The notes under the pieces: model-generated
Seen by the model: the letters and a program-made list of their open reading frames with translations, nothing else
Database searches by the model: none
What the model was told of the DNA's origin: nothing
Program-made: the position numbers and the translations under genes
Source of the DNA: Flavobacteriaceae bacterium
Lineage (GTDB): Bacteria > Bacteroidota > Bacteroidia > Flavobacteriales > Flavobacteriaceae
Assembly (NCBI GenBank): GCA_029238125.1
Contig: JAQWGQ010000018.1
Coordinates: 15,252 to 79,251, forward strand
DNA: 64,000 bases
Reading direction: 5' to 3'
In this document: positions 7,833 to 17,851 of the stretch, in pieces
Position numbering within the stretch: position 1 is the stretch's first letter
How the letters are laid out: each line of letters starts with the position of its first letter

Positions 7833-10800
7833 ATGGCAAACCAAAAGAACTATTGGAAAAGCACAGCGGAGTTAGACAACAACAATGCGTTTGTCGAGGA
7901 TCTCAAGGGGCGTGAGTTTGTTGAAAAACTTCCTGAAGATGCCTTTTTGGGGGATGATCAGGCAATGAATGATTCCAAAACAAACAGACGAGATTTTCTC
8001 AAATATGTTGGTTTTAGTACTGCCGCCGCTTCCTTAGCTGCTTGTGAGGGTCCTGTTCACAAGTCCATTCCCTATGTCGTGCAACCTGAAGAGATTCGCC
8101 CAGGGATTTCAAATTTTTATGCAACCACCATTGCGGATGGCTTTGATATGGCAAGTATTCTCGTAAAAACACGTGAAGGAAGACCAATCAAAGTTGAAAA
8201 TAACACAGATGCACCTGCCAGCTACCGTGCGAATTCTCGTGTACAAGCTTCTGTACTGTCGCTGTATGATACTTACCGATTACAAGGCCCGACCCAGTCG
8301 GGAAGTCCTGTCAGTTGGGCAACACTCCTCGAGCAAAGCCGTCAACAACTCGACAATCTACAAGCCGAAGGATCACAAGTGGTCTTGCTAACCCAGTCGT
8401 TTGCCAGCCCTTCGACTCAGGCGTTGATCGATCAACTTACCACCAAGTACGGCAACATCAAGCACATTGCCTATGATGCGGTTTCATCATCCCATGCTTT
8501 AGATGCCTTTGAAAAGGCCTATGGTCAGCGTGCTCTGCCCACCTATGACTTTTCAAAAGCGGAAACAATCGTTTCCTTTGATGCAGATCTTATTGGAGAC
8601 TGGCAAGGTGGAGGACATGCACCAGGGTATGTCAAAACTCGCGTTCCTGTCAAAAAGAACGGAAAGGCAAAAATGTCAACCCATTTCCAGTTTGAAGCAA
8701 ACATGACGCTTTCTGGAGCCGCTGCTGACAAGCGCGTGCCCATGTCTGCTGCACAACAGAAACAAGTACTTGCAGCGCTTTATTCCGAGCTAACAAACGG
8801 ACAAGCAAGTGGAGAGCAAGCCATTCAAGATATGGCTAAAGTGACCGCCAAGCATTTGCGTAAAGCAGGTAAAAAAGCAATTGTAATCACGGGTTTACCA
8901 AGTGTGGAAGCCCAGCGCATTACACTTGCAATCAACCAAAAATTAGGGTCTGTTGTGATCGACACCCAACACACAACGACCATCCGCCAAGGCAGCGCAA
9001 ACCAACTCACCCAGCTTGTTGACGATCTCAATAGCGGAGCGGTTCAAGGGATTATCACTGCTGGGGTGAATCCGGTATATACTCTTGCCAATGGTGATCA
9101 GTTTGCTGCGGGTCTAAACAAAGCCAAATTATCTTTGTCTTTCAGCATGAAAAACGATGAGACGGCATCCAAAGCACAATGGGTAGCAGCAACACCTCAT
9201 TATCTCGAATCTTGGGGTGATGTGGAATTCAAAACCAATCACTTCGGACTCACACAGCCGACAATCCGTCCTTTGTTTGACACCAAACAATTTCAAGATG
9301 TATTGCTCACTTGGCTCGGAAAAGATACAAGCTACAGAGACGAGTTGCGATCCTATTGGGAGCAAAATATCCTCAATGGCAAGTCGTGGAATAAGACCTT
9401 ACACGATGGATTTTACGTTGGAAACTCCTCTTCAAGAAAAAATCAGTACCGCGACGCAGTTGCCGATGCAGCGCGTTCACTCTCTGCAGCGACACAAGAC
9501 GGATATACCCTTAACCTTTACACCAAAACAGGAATCGGAGACGGTCAACAAGCCAATAACCCTTGGCTTCATGAGCTTCCCGATCCGATCACTCGCGTGA
9601 CTTGGGACAATTATCTCACCGTATCTAAGTCGGATGCTGATGCACTCGGCTTGTGGAATGAAACCCAGTCAGATGGTTCACTTAATGGAGGTCTTGCAAA
9701 AATTTCAGTTGGGTCCTCTTCACTAACTGTTCCTGTGCTCATTCAGCCCGGTCAAGCCAAAGGAACCGTTGGATTGGCATTTGGCTACGGCAAGCAAGCT
9801 GGGGTGAAGTCTGAAATGCAAATAGGAGCCAATGCCTATACTTTATATAATGACTTCTCAAGCGTACAGCCAGTAAGCATTGAAGCGGTAGATGGCACAC
9901 ATGAGTTTGCTTGTACCCAGTTACAAAATACCTTGATGGGTCGGGAAGACATCGTCAAAGAAACCACACTCGAAATTTTTAACACCAAGGATAGAAATGA
10001 CTACAATGCTGTTCCTGTGGTGAGTAAAAACCATATTGAAACTGTAGTCACCTCTCCAGAGGTTGATATTTGGGATCAGTTTGACCGTTCAGTTGGACAT
10101 CACTTCAACTTATCGATTGACTTGAATGCCTGTACGGGTTGTGGCGCATGTGTTGTGGCCTGTCATGCCGAAAACAATGTGCCAGTGGTTGGAAAACGGG
10201 AGATTCGCAAGTCGCGCGATATGCACTGGCTTCGGATTGACCGATACTACTCTTCAGAGGAAACTTTTGAGGGCGACAACAATACGGTAAACGAAATCAG
10301 TGGATTGGGAGAGTCCCTGACGACCTTTAGTTCTTTGGAAGAGCCATCGGCGAATCCACAGGTAACCTTCCAGCCAATTATGTGTCAGCATTGTAACCAT
10401 GCACCTTGTGAAACGGTTTGTCCAGTGGCAGCGACTTCGCATGGTCGTCAAGGTCAAAACCATATGGCATACAACCGTTGCGTAGGGACCCGTTATTGTG
10501 CCAATAACTGTCCGTATAAAGTCAGACGCTTCAACTGGTTCCTGTACAATCACAACGACGAGTTTGATTTCCACATGAATAACGATTTGGGCCGTATGGT
10601 CCTCAATCCAGATGTGGTTGTTCGTTCACGTGGGGTGATGGAAAAATGTTCGTTGTGTATTCAGAAAACACAAAAAACGATTTTGGATGCCAAGCTAGAA
10701 GGACGTGATATTGCTGACGGGGAATTCCAAACGGCATGCTCAAGCGCATGTGCAACAGGAGCCATTACTTTTGGTGATATCAACGACAAAACGAGTCTTG

Positions 10801-10907
10801 TTGCCAAGTCCTTGGAAAGTGATCGAATGTATCACCTTTTGGAAAGCGTCGGGACAAAACCCAATGTGCAGTACCAAGTAAAAGTTAGAAATACAGAGAC
10901 ATCATAA
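7833..10907 (+). CDS. actB: Alternative complex III subunit ActB (molybdopterin-oxidoreductase-like domain plus 4Fe-4S ferredoxin domain)
   Basis: Tat-type signal NRRDFLKYVGFSTAAASLAAC with a lipobox Cys. Fe-S motifs CTGCGACVVACHAENN, CQHCNHAPCETVCP and CVGTRYCANNCPYKVRRFN. 1024 aa. Confidence 0.9.
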   Translation: MANQKNYWKSTAELDNNNAFVEDLKGREFVEKLPEDAFLGDDQAMNDSKTNRRDFLKYVGFSTAAASLAACEGPVHKSIPYVVQPEEIRPGISNFYATTIADGFDMASILVKTREGRPIKVENNTDAPASYRANSRVQASVLSLYDTYRLQGPTQSGSPVSWATLLEQSRQQLDNLQAEGSQVVLLTQSFASPSTQALIDQLTTKYGNIKHIAYDAVSSSHALDAFEKAYGQRALPTYDFSKAETIVSFDADLIGDWQGGGHAPGYVKTRVPVKKNGKAKMSTHFQFEANMTLSGAAADKRVPMSAAQQKQVLAALYSELTNGQASGEQAIQDMAKVTAKHLRKAGKKAIVITGLPSVEAQRITLAINQKLGSVVIDTQHTTTIRQGSANQLTQLVDDLNSGAVQGIITAGVNPVYTLANGDQFAAGLNKAKLSLSFSMKNDETASKAQWVAATPHYLESWGDVEFKTNHFGLTQPTIRPLFDTKQFQDVLLTWLGKDTSYRDELRSYWEQNILNGKSWNKTLHDGFYVGNSSSRKNQYRDAVADAARSLSAATQDGYTLNLYTKTGIGDGQQANNPWLHELPDPITRVTWDNYLTVSKSDADALGLWNETQSDGSLNGGLAKISVGSSSLTVPVLIQPGQAKGTVGLAFGYGKQAGVKSEMQIGANAYTLYNDFSSVQPVSIEAVDGTHEFACTQLQNTLMGREDIVKETTLEIFNTKDRNDYNAVPVVSKNHIETVVTSPEVDIWDQFDRSVGHHFNLSIDLNACTGCGACVVACHAENNVPVVGKREIRKSRDMHWLRIDRYYSSEETFEGDNNTVNEISGLGESLTTFSSLEEPSANPQVTFQPIMCQHCNHAPCETVCPVAATSHGRQGQNHMAYNRCVGTRYCANNCPYKVRRFNWFLYNHNDEFDFHMNNDLGRMVLNPDVVVRSRGVMEKCSLCIQKTQKTILDAKLEGRDIADGEFQTACSSACATGAITFGDINDKTSLVAKSLESDRMYHLLESVGTKPNVQYQVKVRNTETS

Positions 10908-10917
10908 AGAAAAAACT

Positions 10918-12303
10918 ATGGCCTCGCATTACGAAGCACCAATACGAAAACCACTAGTCACAGGGAATAAATCCTACCACGATGTGACGGTTGATATCGT
11001 TGCACCCGTAGAGGGAAAAGCCAATAAGCAATGGTGGATTGTTTTCAGCATCGCATTGGTTGCCTTTTTATGGGGAATTGGCTGTATCATCTACACCATC
11101 TCAACAGGAATCGGTGTTTGGGGACTCAACAAAACCGTCGGTTGGGCTTGGGATATTACCAACTTTGTATGGTGGGTTGGAATCGGACACGCAGGAACAC
11201 TAATTTCTGCCGTTCTTCTGCTATTTCGTCAAAAATGGCGTATGGCAATCAACCGATCAGCCGAGGCAATGACTATTTTTTCTGTTATTCAAGCAGGATT
11301 GTTCCCCATCATTCACATGGGACGACCTTGGTTAGCGTATTGGGTATTACCTATTCCAAACCAATTTGGCTCATTATGGGTCAACTTTAACTCTCCACTG
11401 CTTTGGGATGTATTTGCGATTTCGACTTATCTGTCGGTATCCCTCGTGTTCTGGTGGACGGGACTTTTACCTGACTTTGCGATGATTCGCGACCGTGCGG
11501 TCAAGCCGTTTCAAAAGAAAATCTACGGGCTACTGAGCTTTGGTTGGAGTGGTCGTGCCAAAGATTGGCAACGCTTTGAAGAGGTGTCTCTTGTGTTGGC
11601 AGGACTGGCAACGCCGCTGGTGCTTTCGGTACACACCATTGTATCTTTTGACTTTGCAACTTCGGTGATTCCGGGCTGGCACACGACGATTTTCCCACCT
11701 TATTTTGTCGCTGGGGCGATTTTTTCTGGCTTTGCGATGGTGCAAACCTTGTTGATTATCATGCGAAAAGTCATCAACCTTGAAAACTATATCACCATTC
11801 AGCATATCGAACTGATGAATATTGTGATTATGATTACAGGTTCTATTGTTGGGGTGGCCTATATCACAGAACTGTTTATCGCTTGGTATTCGGGAGTTGA
11901 ATACGAACAATATGCCTTCCTCAACCGAGCAACAGGGCCTGATTGGTGGGCGTATTGGGCCATGATGACCTGTAACGTATTCTCCCCACAGTTTATGTGG
12001 TTTAAAAAATTGCGAACGAGCATCATGTTCTCGTTTATCATTTCTATTGTGGTTAATATCGGGATGTGGTTTGAGCGCTTTGTGATCATTGTGACTTCCC
12101 TGCACCGAGACTACCTCCCATCATCTTGGACAATGTTTTCACCAACTTTCGTAGATATTGGGATATTTATTGGAACAATCGGCTTCTTCTTTGTTCTGTT
12201 TTTACTTTATGCCCGCACCTTCCCCGTGATTGCGCAGGCAGAGGTCAAATCGATATTGAAGTCTTCGGGTGACAAATACAAAAAAACAACAAGCGATGAG
12301 TAA
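10918..12303 (+). CDS. actC: Alternative complex III subunit ActC (NrfD/PsrC-like polytopic quinol-interacting membrane subunit)
   Basis: 461 aa and highly hydrophobic, with NrfD-like segments (WWVGIGHAGTLISAVLLL). Position is directly after actB. Confidence 0.85.
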   Translation: MASHYEAPIRKPLVTGNKSYHDVTVDIVAPVEGKANKQWWIVFSIALVAFLWGIGCIIYTISTGIGVWGLNKTVGWAWDITNFVWWVGIGHAGTLISAVLLLFRQKWRMAINRSAEAMTIFSVIQAGLFPIIHMGRPWLAYWVLPIPNQFGSLWVNFNSPLLWDVFAISTYLSVSLVFWWTGLLPDFAMIRDRAVKPFQKKIYGLLSFGWSGRAKDWQRFEEVSLVLAGLATPLVLSVHTIVSFDFATSVIPGWHTTIFPPYFVAGAIFSGFAMVQTLLIIMRKVINLENYITIQHIELMNIVIMITGSIVGVAYITELFIAWYSGVEYEQYAFLNRATGPDWWAYWAMMTCNVFSPQFMWFKKLRTSIMFSFIISIVVNIGMWFERFVIIVTSLHRDYLPSSWTMFSPTFVDIGIFIGTIGFFFVLFLLYARTFPVIAQAEVKSILKSSGDKYKKTTSDE

Positions 12304-12829
12304 TAAAGTAATCCATGCCATTTACGATGATGATGACGTGTTGCTACACGCTGTCAAAGATGTCAAAGCAGCGAATCATCATATCGAAGAGGTTTTTACG
12401 CCATTTCCAGTACACGGTTTGGACAAGGCGATGGGGCTTGCACCAACGCGCATTGCGATTGCATCCTTTATGTTTGGTTGCTTGGGATTATCGGTTGCCA
12501 TTTGGCTGACCAACTACATTATGATCGAAGATTGGCCACAAAATATCGGTGGGAAACCCAGCTTTTCCTATCTCGAAAATGTGCCTGCCTTTGTGCCTGT
12601 TTTGTTTGAGATGACCATATTCTTCGCTGCTCACTTGATGGTGATTACCTTCTATTTGCGCAGTCGGCTTTGGCCCTTTAAGAAAGCAGAAAACCCAATG
12701 CCAACTACTACTGACGACAAGTTTTTGATGGAGGTTGCCGTGGGAGACAATGAAAAGAAACTCGTCACCTTGTTGAAAAAAACAGGTGCGATTGAGGTAA
12801 TAGTACAAGATAAAAAGGGGGAGTCATGA
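12296..12829 (+). CDS. actD: Alternative complex III subunit ActD (DUF3341-like membrane protein)
   Basis: MSNKVIHAIYDDDDVLLHAVKDVKAANHHIEEVFTPFPVHGLDKAMG followed by two TM helices. The ATG at 12296 overlaps the actC stop by 8 nt. The ORF track start at 12269 lies further inside actC. Confidence 0.8.
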   Translation: MSNKVIHAIYDDDDVLLHAVKDVKAANHHIEEVFTPFPVHGLDKAMGLAPTRIAIASFMFGCLGLSVAIWLTNYIMIEDWPQNIGGKPSFSYLENVPAFVPVLFEMTIFFAAHLMVITFYLRSRLWPFKKAENPMPTTTDDKFLMEVAVGDNEKKLVTLLKKTGAIEVIVQDKKGES

Positions 12830-13374
12830 AAAGAAACGGAAGTCTTATCATCTGTGGATTGGCATTGTTGAGTATGACATCATGCTTTGATCCGTCACAG
12901 CCCAACTATCAGTATTTCCCAGATATGTATGAGTCAGTTGGCTATGACACCTATGCTGAGGCACCCTTTGCCAATGGGACTGCGGCTCAACTGCCTGTTG
13001 CGGGTTCAATCCCAAGAGGGTGGCAGCCCTATGATTATCCAAATACCAATGCGGGTTACGAATTGGCCAAAGCCGAACTCCTTTCGCCACTAGAAGAAAC
13101 GGAGGCACACCGCGCAGAAGGAAAAGAGCTGTATGCCATCTATTGTGCGGTATGTCATGGTTCGAAAGGCGACGGACAAGGGATCTTGATGAAACGAGAA
13201 AAGTTTTTAGGAATCCCAAGCTATGCCGATCGTGAAATCACGGAAGGCAGTGTGTATCACGTATTGATGTATGGCAAAAATGCAATGGGATCACATGCAA
13301 GTTTAATCGATGCGGAAGAGCGTTGGCAAATCACCCAACACGTGATGCATCTCCGAGGGCAATTAACAAAGTAA
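12826..13374 (+). CDS. actE: Alternative complex III subunit ActE, monohaem cytochrome c lipoprotein
   Basis: Lipobox LALLSMTSC and a single CAVCH haem motif. ATGA overlap with actD. Confidence 0.85.
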   Translation: MKRNGSLIICGLALLSMTSCFDPSQPNYQYFPDMYESVGYDTYAEAPFANGTAAQLPVAGSIPRGWQPYDYPNTNAGYELAKAELLSPLEETEAHRAEGKELYAIYCAVCHGSKGDGQGILMKREKFLGIPSYADREITEGSVYHVLMYGKNAMGSHASLIDAEERWQITQHVMHLRGQLTK

Positions 13375-13378
13375 GTAT

Positions 13379-14803
13379 ATGTATCAATTTTCTAAAAATC
13401 TAAAAATTGTCTCCCTCAGCCTAATGGTTGTGGGTGCATTGGCTTTGGGAATTGGGTTTCTCTCTGCACCGAATACTGTGGAGGAAGCCAAAGCGATGGT
13501 AGCAGATGCGCATGGTCATGGCGGTCATGATACACACGACTCCCATGCCGATGACCATGCTGACGAACATAAAGCAGAAACTCATCATGCTGAGGATCAC
13601 AAGGATCACGCTGACGACCATTACGATACGCACGATAATGATTACGGTAACGATGAGAGTCATGATGCTCATGACGCTCATGGCGGTGGTCATGGAGACA
13701 GCCATGACAAGCACCTTTTACATCAGTTGCAAAACCGACCCTGGGCTGCCACCTATGTAGCCGCTTTGTTTTTTATGATGATCGCCCTAGGGGCACTTGC
13801 TTTTTACGCGATTCAAAGAGCAGCACAAGCGGGCTGGTCAATCCTTTTATTCCGTGTGATGGAAGGCATCACGGCCTATCTACTCCCAGGATCAATAATC
13901 GTATTTGTTTTGTTGGTTCTTTCTGGTCTTCATCTCAATCATTTGTTTGTATGGATGGATGCAGAAGTCGTGGCTCATGACGAAATTATTCGCAACAAAG
14001 AAAGTTATCTCAACGTACCTTTCTTCTTAGCCCGTGCCTTGTTTTATATCGTCGGGTGGAATCTCTATCGCTTTTACTCCAGAAAATTCTCCTTGGCACA
14101 AGACAACGGATCAGGAGTTGGCTATCACAAAAAGAATTTTAGACTCGCAGCTGGATTTTTGGTATTCTACATCGTAACAGAATCCATGATGGCTTGGGAT
14201 TGGATCATGTCTGTCGATCCGCACTGGTTTAGTACGCTTTTTGGCTGGTATGTTTTTGCGAGTATGATCGTAACTGCGGTAACCATAATCGCCATGGTTA
14301 CCATTTATTTAAAATCCAAAGGGCTTTTGGAAGACGTTAATGATAGTCATATCCACGATCTCGGAAAATTCATGTTTGGCTTTAGTGTATTTTGGACCTA
14401 CCTGTGGTTCTCACAATTTATGCTGATTTGGTATTCCAATATCCCAGAAGAAGTCACTTATTTCATCACGCGAATCGAAGATTACAATCTGTTGTTTTTT
14501 GGAATGGTCGCGATGAATTTTGTCCTCCCACTTTTGATTCTGATGAATAGTGACTACAAACGAAACAACTGGTTTATTATGATTGCTGGAATCATCATTA
14601 TCATCGGTCACTATCTCGATTTTTACAATATGATTATGCCAGCAACGGTTGGGGATCAATGGTCTTTTGGACTTTCTGAATTGGGGAGTGTCTCACTATT
14701 TGCAGGGCTTTTCATCTATGTGGTTTTCTCGGCTTTGGCCAAGGCACCACTCAAGCCCAAGGGAGACCCATTGGTGAAAGAAAGCGAACATTTTGTCTAT
14801 TAA
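13379..14803 (+). CDS. actF: Alternative complex III subunit ActF (second NrfD-like membrane subunit) with a His/Asp-rich loop
   Basis: 474 aa and polytopic. Position is after actE. Residues about 42-115 are a His/Asp-rich stretch. Confidence 0.8.
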   Translation: MYQFSKNLKIVSLSLMVVGALALGIGFLSAPNTVEEAKAMVADAHGHGGHDTHDSHADDHADEHKAETHHAEDHKDHADDHYDTHDNDYGNDESHDAHDAHGGGHGDSHDKHLLHQLQNRPWAATYVAALFFMMIALGALAFYAIQRAAQAGWSILLFRVMEGITAYLLPGSIIVFVLLVLSGLHLNHLFVWMDAEVVAHDEIIRNKESYLNVPFFLARALFYIVGWNLYRFYSRKFSLAQDNGSGVGYHKKNFRLAAGFLVFYIVTESMMAWDWIMSVDPHWFSTLFGWYVFASMIVTAVTIIAMVTIYLKSKGLLEDVNDSHIHDLGKFMFGFSVFWTYLWFSQFMLIWYSNIPEEVTYFITRIEDYNLLFFGMVAMNFVLPLLILMNSDYKRNNWFIMIAGIIIIIGHYLDFYNMIMPATVGDQWSFGLSELGSVSLFAGLFIYVVFSALAKAPLKPKGDPLVKESEHFVY

Positions 14804-14822
14804 TTTGTGAAGGAATAACGAT

Positions 14823-15893
14823 ATGACGACATTGTTAACGATTGCGATTTTACTTTTGGTCAGTATTGCAGTTTGGCAGATTACCAAAATCTTCCAAGTG
14901 GCTCAGCTCAACCAAAAAGTGGACGACAGCCAAGTTGCAAACGATAAGGACAACGACTGGAACGGAAAACTGATGTTTGCCTTTTTGGTCTTCATTTATC
15001 TGATTACCATCTATTCATTTTGGGCTTGGGGAGATGTATTGCTTCCCGAATCCGCCTCCGAGCACGGCAAAGACTATGATCGTTTGATGTGGATATCCAT
15101 GGTACTGATCTTCTTTGTTCAAATCATTACCCAAGCGCTCCTGCATTATTTTTCTTACAAATACAGAGGAAGAAAAGGGCTGAAGGCATTGTTTTATGCA
15201 GACAATGATCGTTTGGAGTTTATCTGGACAATCATCCCAGTAATCGTGTTGGCGGCACTGATCCTCTACGGATTGTATGCTTGGTCAAACATCATGAATT
15301 TTGAGGAAGATGAAGACGCTTTGGTTGTGGAGTTGTATGCGCAACAGTTTAACTGGAAAGCGCGCTATGCCGGCGCAGACAATGTGCTTGGGGATGCAAA
15401 CGTTCGCTTTTTACAAGATTTTGATGGGCTTAATCTCGTGGGGATTGATGCTGCAGACCCCAACGGTTTGGATGATGTCGTGGTGCAAGAACTTCACTTG
15501 CCTGTTGGGCGAAAAGTGATCTTTAAAATGCGATCACAAGATGTTCTTCACTCGGCTTATATGCCGCATTTCCGTGCACAGATGAACTGTGTGCCAGGAA
15601 TGATTACCGAATTTGCGTTTACCCCAACTACGACCACCGAGGAAATGAGACAAAACCCGGATATGGTCGCCAAAGTCCAAAAGATCAATAAAATACGGTA
15701 CGACAAAAGTCAAGAACTGATCGTCAATGGCGAAGAAGCCCTCGAGTCCTACCAATTTGATTATTTATTACTTTGCAACAAGATTTGTGGTGCATCGCAC
15801 TACAATATGCAAATGAAAATTATTGTAGAAGAAGAAAAAGATTTTAATGCCTGGATGGCACAGCAAAGAACCTTTGCTGAAGTCATTCAATAA
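14823..15893 (+). CDS. coxB: Cytochrome c oxidase subunit II (CuA subunit, no fused cytochrome c)
   Basis: CuA motif HSAYMPHF...CNKICGASHYNMQM, N-terminal TM helices and no CXXCH motif. Confidence 0.92.
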   Translation: MTTLLTIAILLLVSIAVWQITKIFQVAQLNQKVDDSQVANDKDNDWNGKLMFAFLVFIYLITIYSFWAWGDVLLPESASEHGKDYDRLMWISMVLIFFVQIITQALLHYFSYKYRGRKGLKALFYADNDRLEFIWTIIPVIVLAALILYGLYAWSNIMNFEEDEDALVVELYAQQFNWKARYAGADNVLGDANVRFLQDFDGLNLVGIDAADPNGLDDVVVQELHLPVGRKVIFKMRSQDVLHSAYMPHFRAQMNCVPGMITEFAFTPTTTTEEMRQNPDMVAKVQKINKIRYDKSQELIVNGEEALESYQFDYLLLCNKICGASHYNMQMKIIVEEEKDFNAWMAQQRTFAEVIQ

Positions 15894-15904
15894 AAAGAAT
15901 CACT

Positions 15905-17668
15905 ATGGGAGCAGACGTACATCATCATAAGGAAACATTTGTAACGAAATACATTTTTAGCCAAGATCATAAAATGATCTCCAAGCAGTACCTCATCACG
16001 GGTCTGATCATGGGGATTGTTGGGATTGGGATGTCTTTGTTGTTTCGTTTGCAATTGGCATGGCCAGAGCAGCCCTTTGGTATTTTTGAGTCCACACTTG
16101 GAAAATGGGCTCCTGATGGTGTGATGGATCCCAATGTCTATCTCGCATTAGTGACGATTCACGGAACCATTATGGTCTTTTTCGTACTCACTGCAGGACT
16201 CAGTGGTACATTTAGTAACCTTCTCATTCCGCTGCAGATTGGAGCCCGTGATATGGCTTCTGGCTTTTTGAACATGATCTCCTACTGGTTATTTTTTCTG
16301 TCCAGTGTGATCATGCTCGCTTCTCTTTTTGTAGAGGCAGGACCAGCCGCTGCAGGATGGACAATTTACCCACCCTTAAGCGCTCTTCCACAAGCACAGC
16401 CCGGCTCGGGATTGGGAATGACACTTTGGTTGGTGTCCATGGCGATTTTTATTGCCTCTTCGCTTCTTGGTTCTCTAAACTACATCGTAACGGTGATCAA
16501 TTTGCGAACCAAAGGAATGAGCATGACTCGTCTTCCGCTAACTATATGGGCATTTTTTGTAACCGCTATTATTGGTGTGGTTTCTTTCCCAGTATTGCTT
16601 TCCGCGGCTTTGTTATTGATTATGGACCGCAGCTTTGGAACGTCATTCTTTCTTTCCGATATCTTTATACAAGGAGAGGTTTTGCACTATCAAGGGGGAT
16701 CACCTGTACTGTTTGAACACCTTTTCTGGTTCCTCGGACATCCAGAAGTATATATCGTATTGTTGCCCGCACTCGGAATCACTTCTGAAGTACTGGCCAC
16801 CAACGCACGCAAACCTATCTTTGGCTACCGCGCAATGGTTGCTTCTATTTTGGCGATCGCATTTTTATCAACCATCGTGTGGGGGCACCATATGTTTATC
16901 TCTGGCATGAACCCATTCCTAGGATCTGTATTTACGTTTACAACGCTATTGATTGCGATTCCTTCGGCGGTAAAGGCCTTTAACTATATCACAACCCTGT
17001 GGAAAGGAAATCTCCAACTCAACCCTGCCATGCTGTTCTCCATTGGACTGGTTTCGACCTTCATTACTGGTGGACTCACAGGAATTATTCTTGGTGACAG
17101 CACCCTCGATATCAACGTGCACGACACCTATTTTGTCGTGGCTCACTTCCACTTGGTCATGGGAATATCTGCTCTTTACGGACTCTTTGCGGGCGTGTAT
17201 CACTGGTTCCCTAAAATGTTTGGACGAATGCTCAATAAACAATTAGGGTATATCCACTTTTGGATTACTGCCGTTTGTGCCTACGGTGTCTTTTTCCCCA
17301 TGCACTTTATTGGTATGGCTGGACTACCAAGACGATACTACTCCAATACGGCCTTTCCATACTTTGACGACTTGGCAGATATCAACGTAGTGATCACCAT
17401 TTTTGCACTCATTGCTGGAGCCGCACAAATCGTCTTTCTCTACAATTTCATCCATAGCATGTTCTATGGAAAACGCGCCGAGATGAACCCTTGGAAATCA
17501 AATACCCTTGAGTGGACTGCGCCCGTTGAGCACTTCCACGGAAACTGGGCCGGGGACATCCCTGAAGTACACCGTTGGGCTTATGACTATTCTAAGCCAG
17601 GACACAAAGAAGACTTTGTGCCGCAACACATTCCCCTCAATAAAGGCGAAGAAGAATTACACCATTAA
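15905..17668 (+). CDS. coxA: Cytochrome c oxidase subunit I
   Basis: 587 aa with haem-copper oxidase signatures (HGTIMVFF, WFLGHPEVYIVLLP, WGHHMF, VAHFHLVM). Confidence 0.97.
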   Translation: MGADVHHHKETFVTKYIFSQDHKMISKQYLITGLIMGIVGIGMSLLFRLQLAWPEQPFGIFESTLGKWAPDGVMDPNVYLALVTIHGTIMVFFVLTAGLSGTFSNLLIPLQIGARDMASGFLNMISYWLFFLSSVIMLASLFVEAGPAAAGWTIYPPLSALPQAQPGSGLGMTLWLVSMAIFIASSLLGSLNYIVTVINLRTKGMSMTRLPLTIWAFFVTAIIGVVSFPVLLSAALLLIMDRSFGTSFFLSDIFIQGEVLHYQGGSPVLFEHLFWFLGHPEVYIVLLPALGITSEVLATNARKPIFGYRAMVASILAIAFLSTIVWGHHMFISGMNPFLGSVFTFTTLLIAIPSAVKAFNYITTLWKGNLQLNPAMLFSIGLVSTFITGGLTGIILGDSTLDINVHDTYFVVAHFHLVMGISALYGLFAGVYHWFPKMFGRMLNKQLGYIHFWITAVCAYGVFFPMHFIGMAGLPRRYYSNTAFPYFDDLADINVVITIFALIAGAAQIVFLYNFIHSMFYGKRAEMNPWKSNTLEWTAPVEHFHGNWAGDIPEVHRWAYDYSKPGHKEDFVPQHIPLNKGEEELHH

Positions 17669-17693
17669 CCCCAGCTCCAATTACTAACTCATT

Positions 17694-17721
17694 AAAAACC
17701 CGCCATTTGGCGGGTTTTTTT
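17694..17721 (+). terminator. Rho-independent terminator after coxA
   Basis: AAAAACCCGCC-attt-GGCGGGTTTTTTT, a perfect 6-bp GC stem flanked by an A-run and a T7 run, 26 nt after the coxA stop. Confidence 0.85.
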
Positions 17722-17851
17722 GTGGCAACCCCTAGTCACGATTAGCTATTCAATATACTTATAAAAGCAAAGACGACTTTTTCAAAAAAAAAAAGTTTTT
17801 TAAAATATTTTTGTAAAATTGCTACTGTTAAATCCTTAAATCTTACATATC

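Noticed and set aside
11530-12105. A 191-aa ORF antisense to actC
   Set aside because: It lies inside a strongly supported polytopic membrane gene. The translation is His/Arg/Asn-rich with no domain pattern.
13421-13760. ORFs 13421..13714 (-) and 13506..13760 (+), rich in M/V/I/T and overlapping the His-rich part of actF
   Set aside because: They are alternative-frame and antisense readings of the repetitive CAT/GAT/GAC-rich segment. They lie entirely inside a well-supported gene and have no independent signals.
17806-17813. TATTTTTG as the -7 box of the LVIVD-repeat gene, and TATCTTTG (19094-19101) upstream of ruvB
   Set aside because: Both match TAnnTTTG, but neither has a TTG at the expected -33 distance. 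The ruvB one ends only 5 nt before the ATG. They are too uncertain to list as features.
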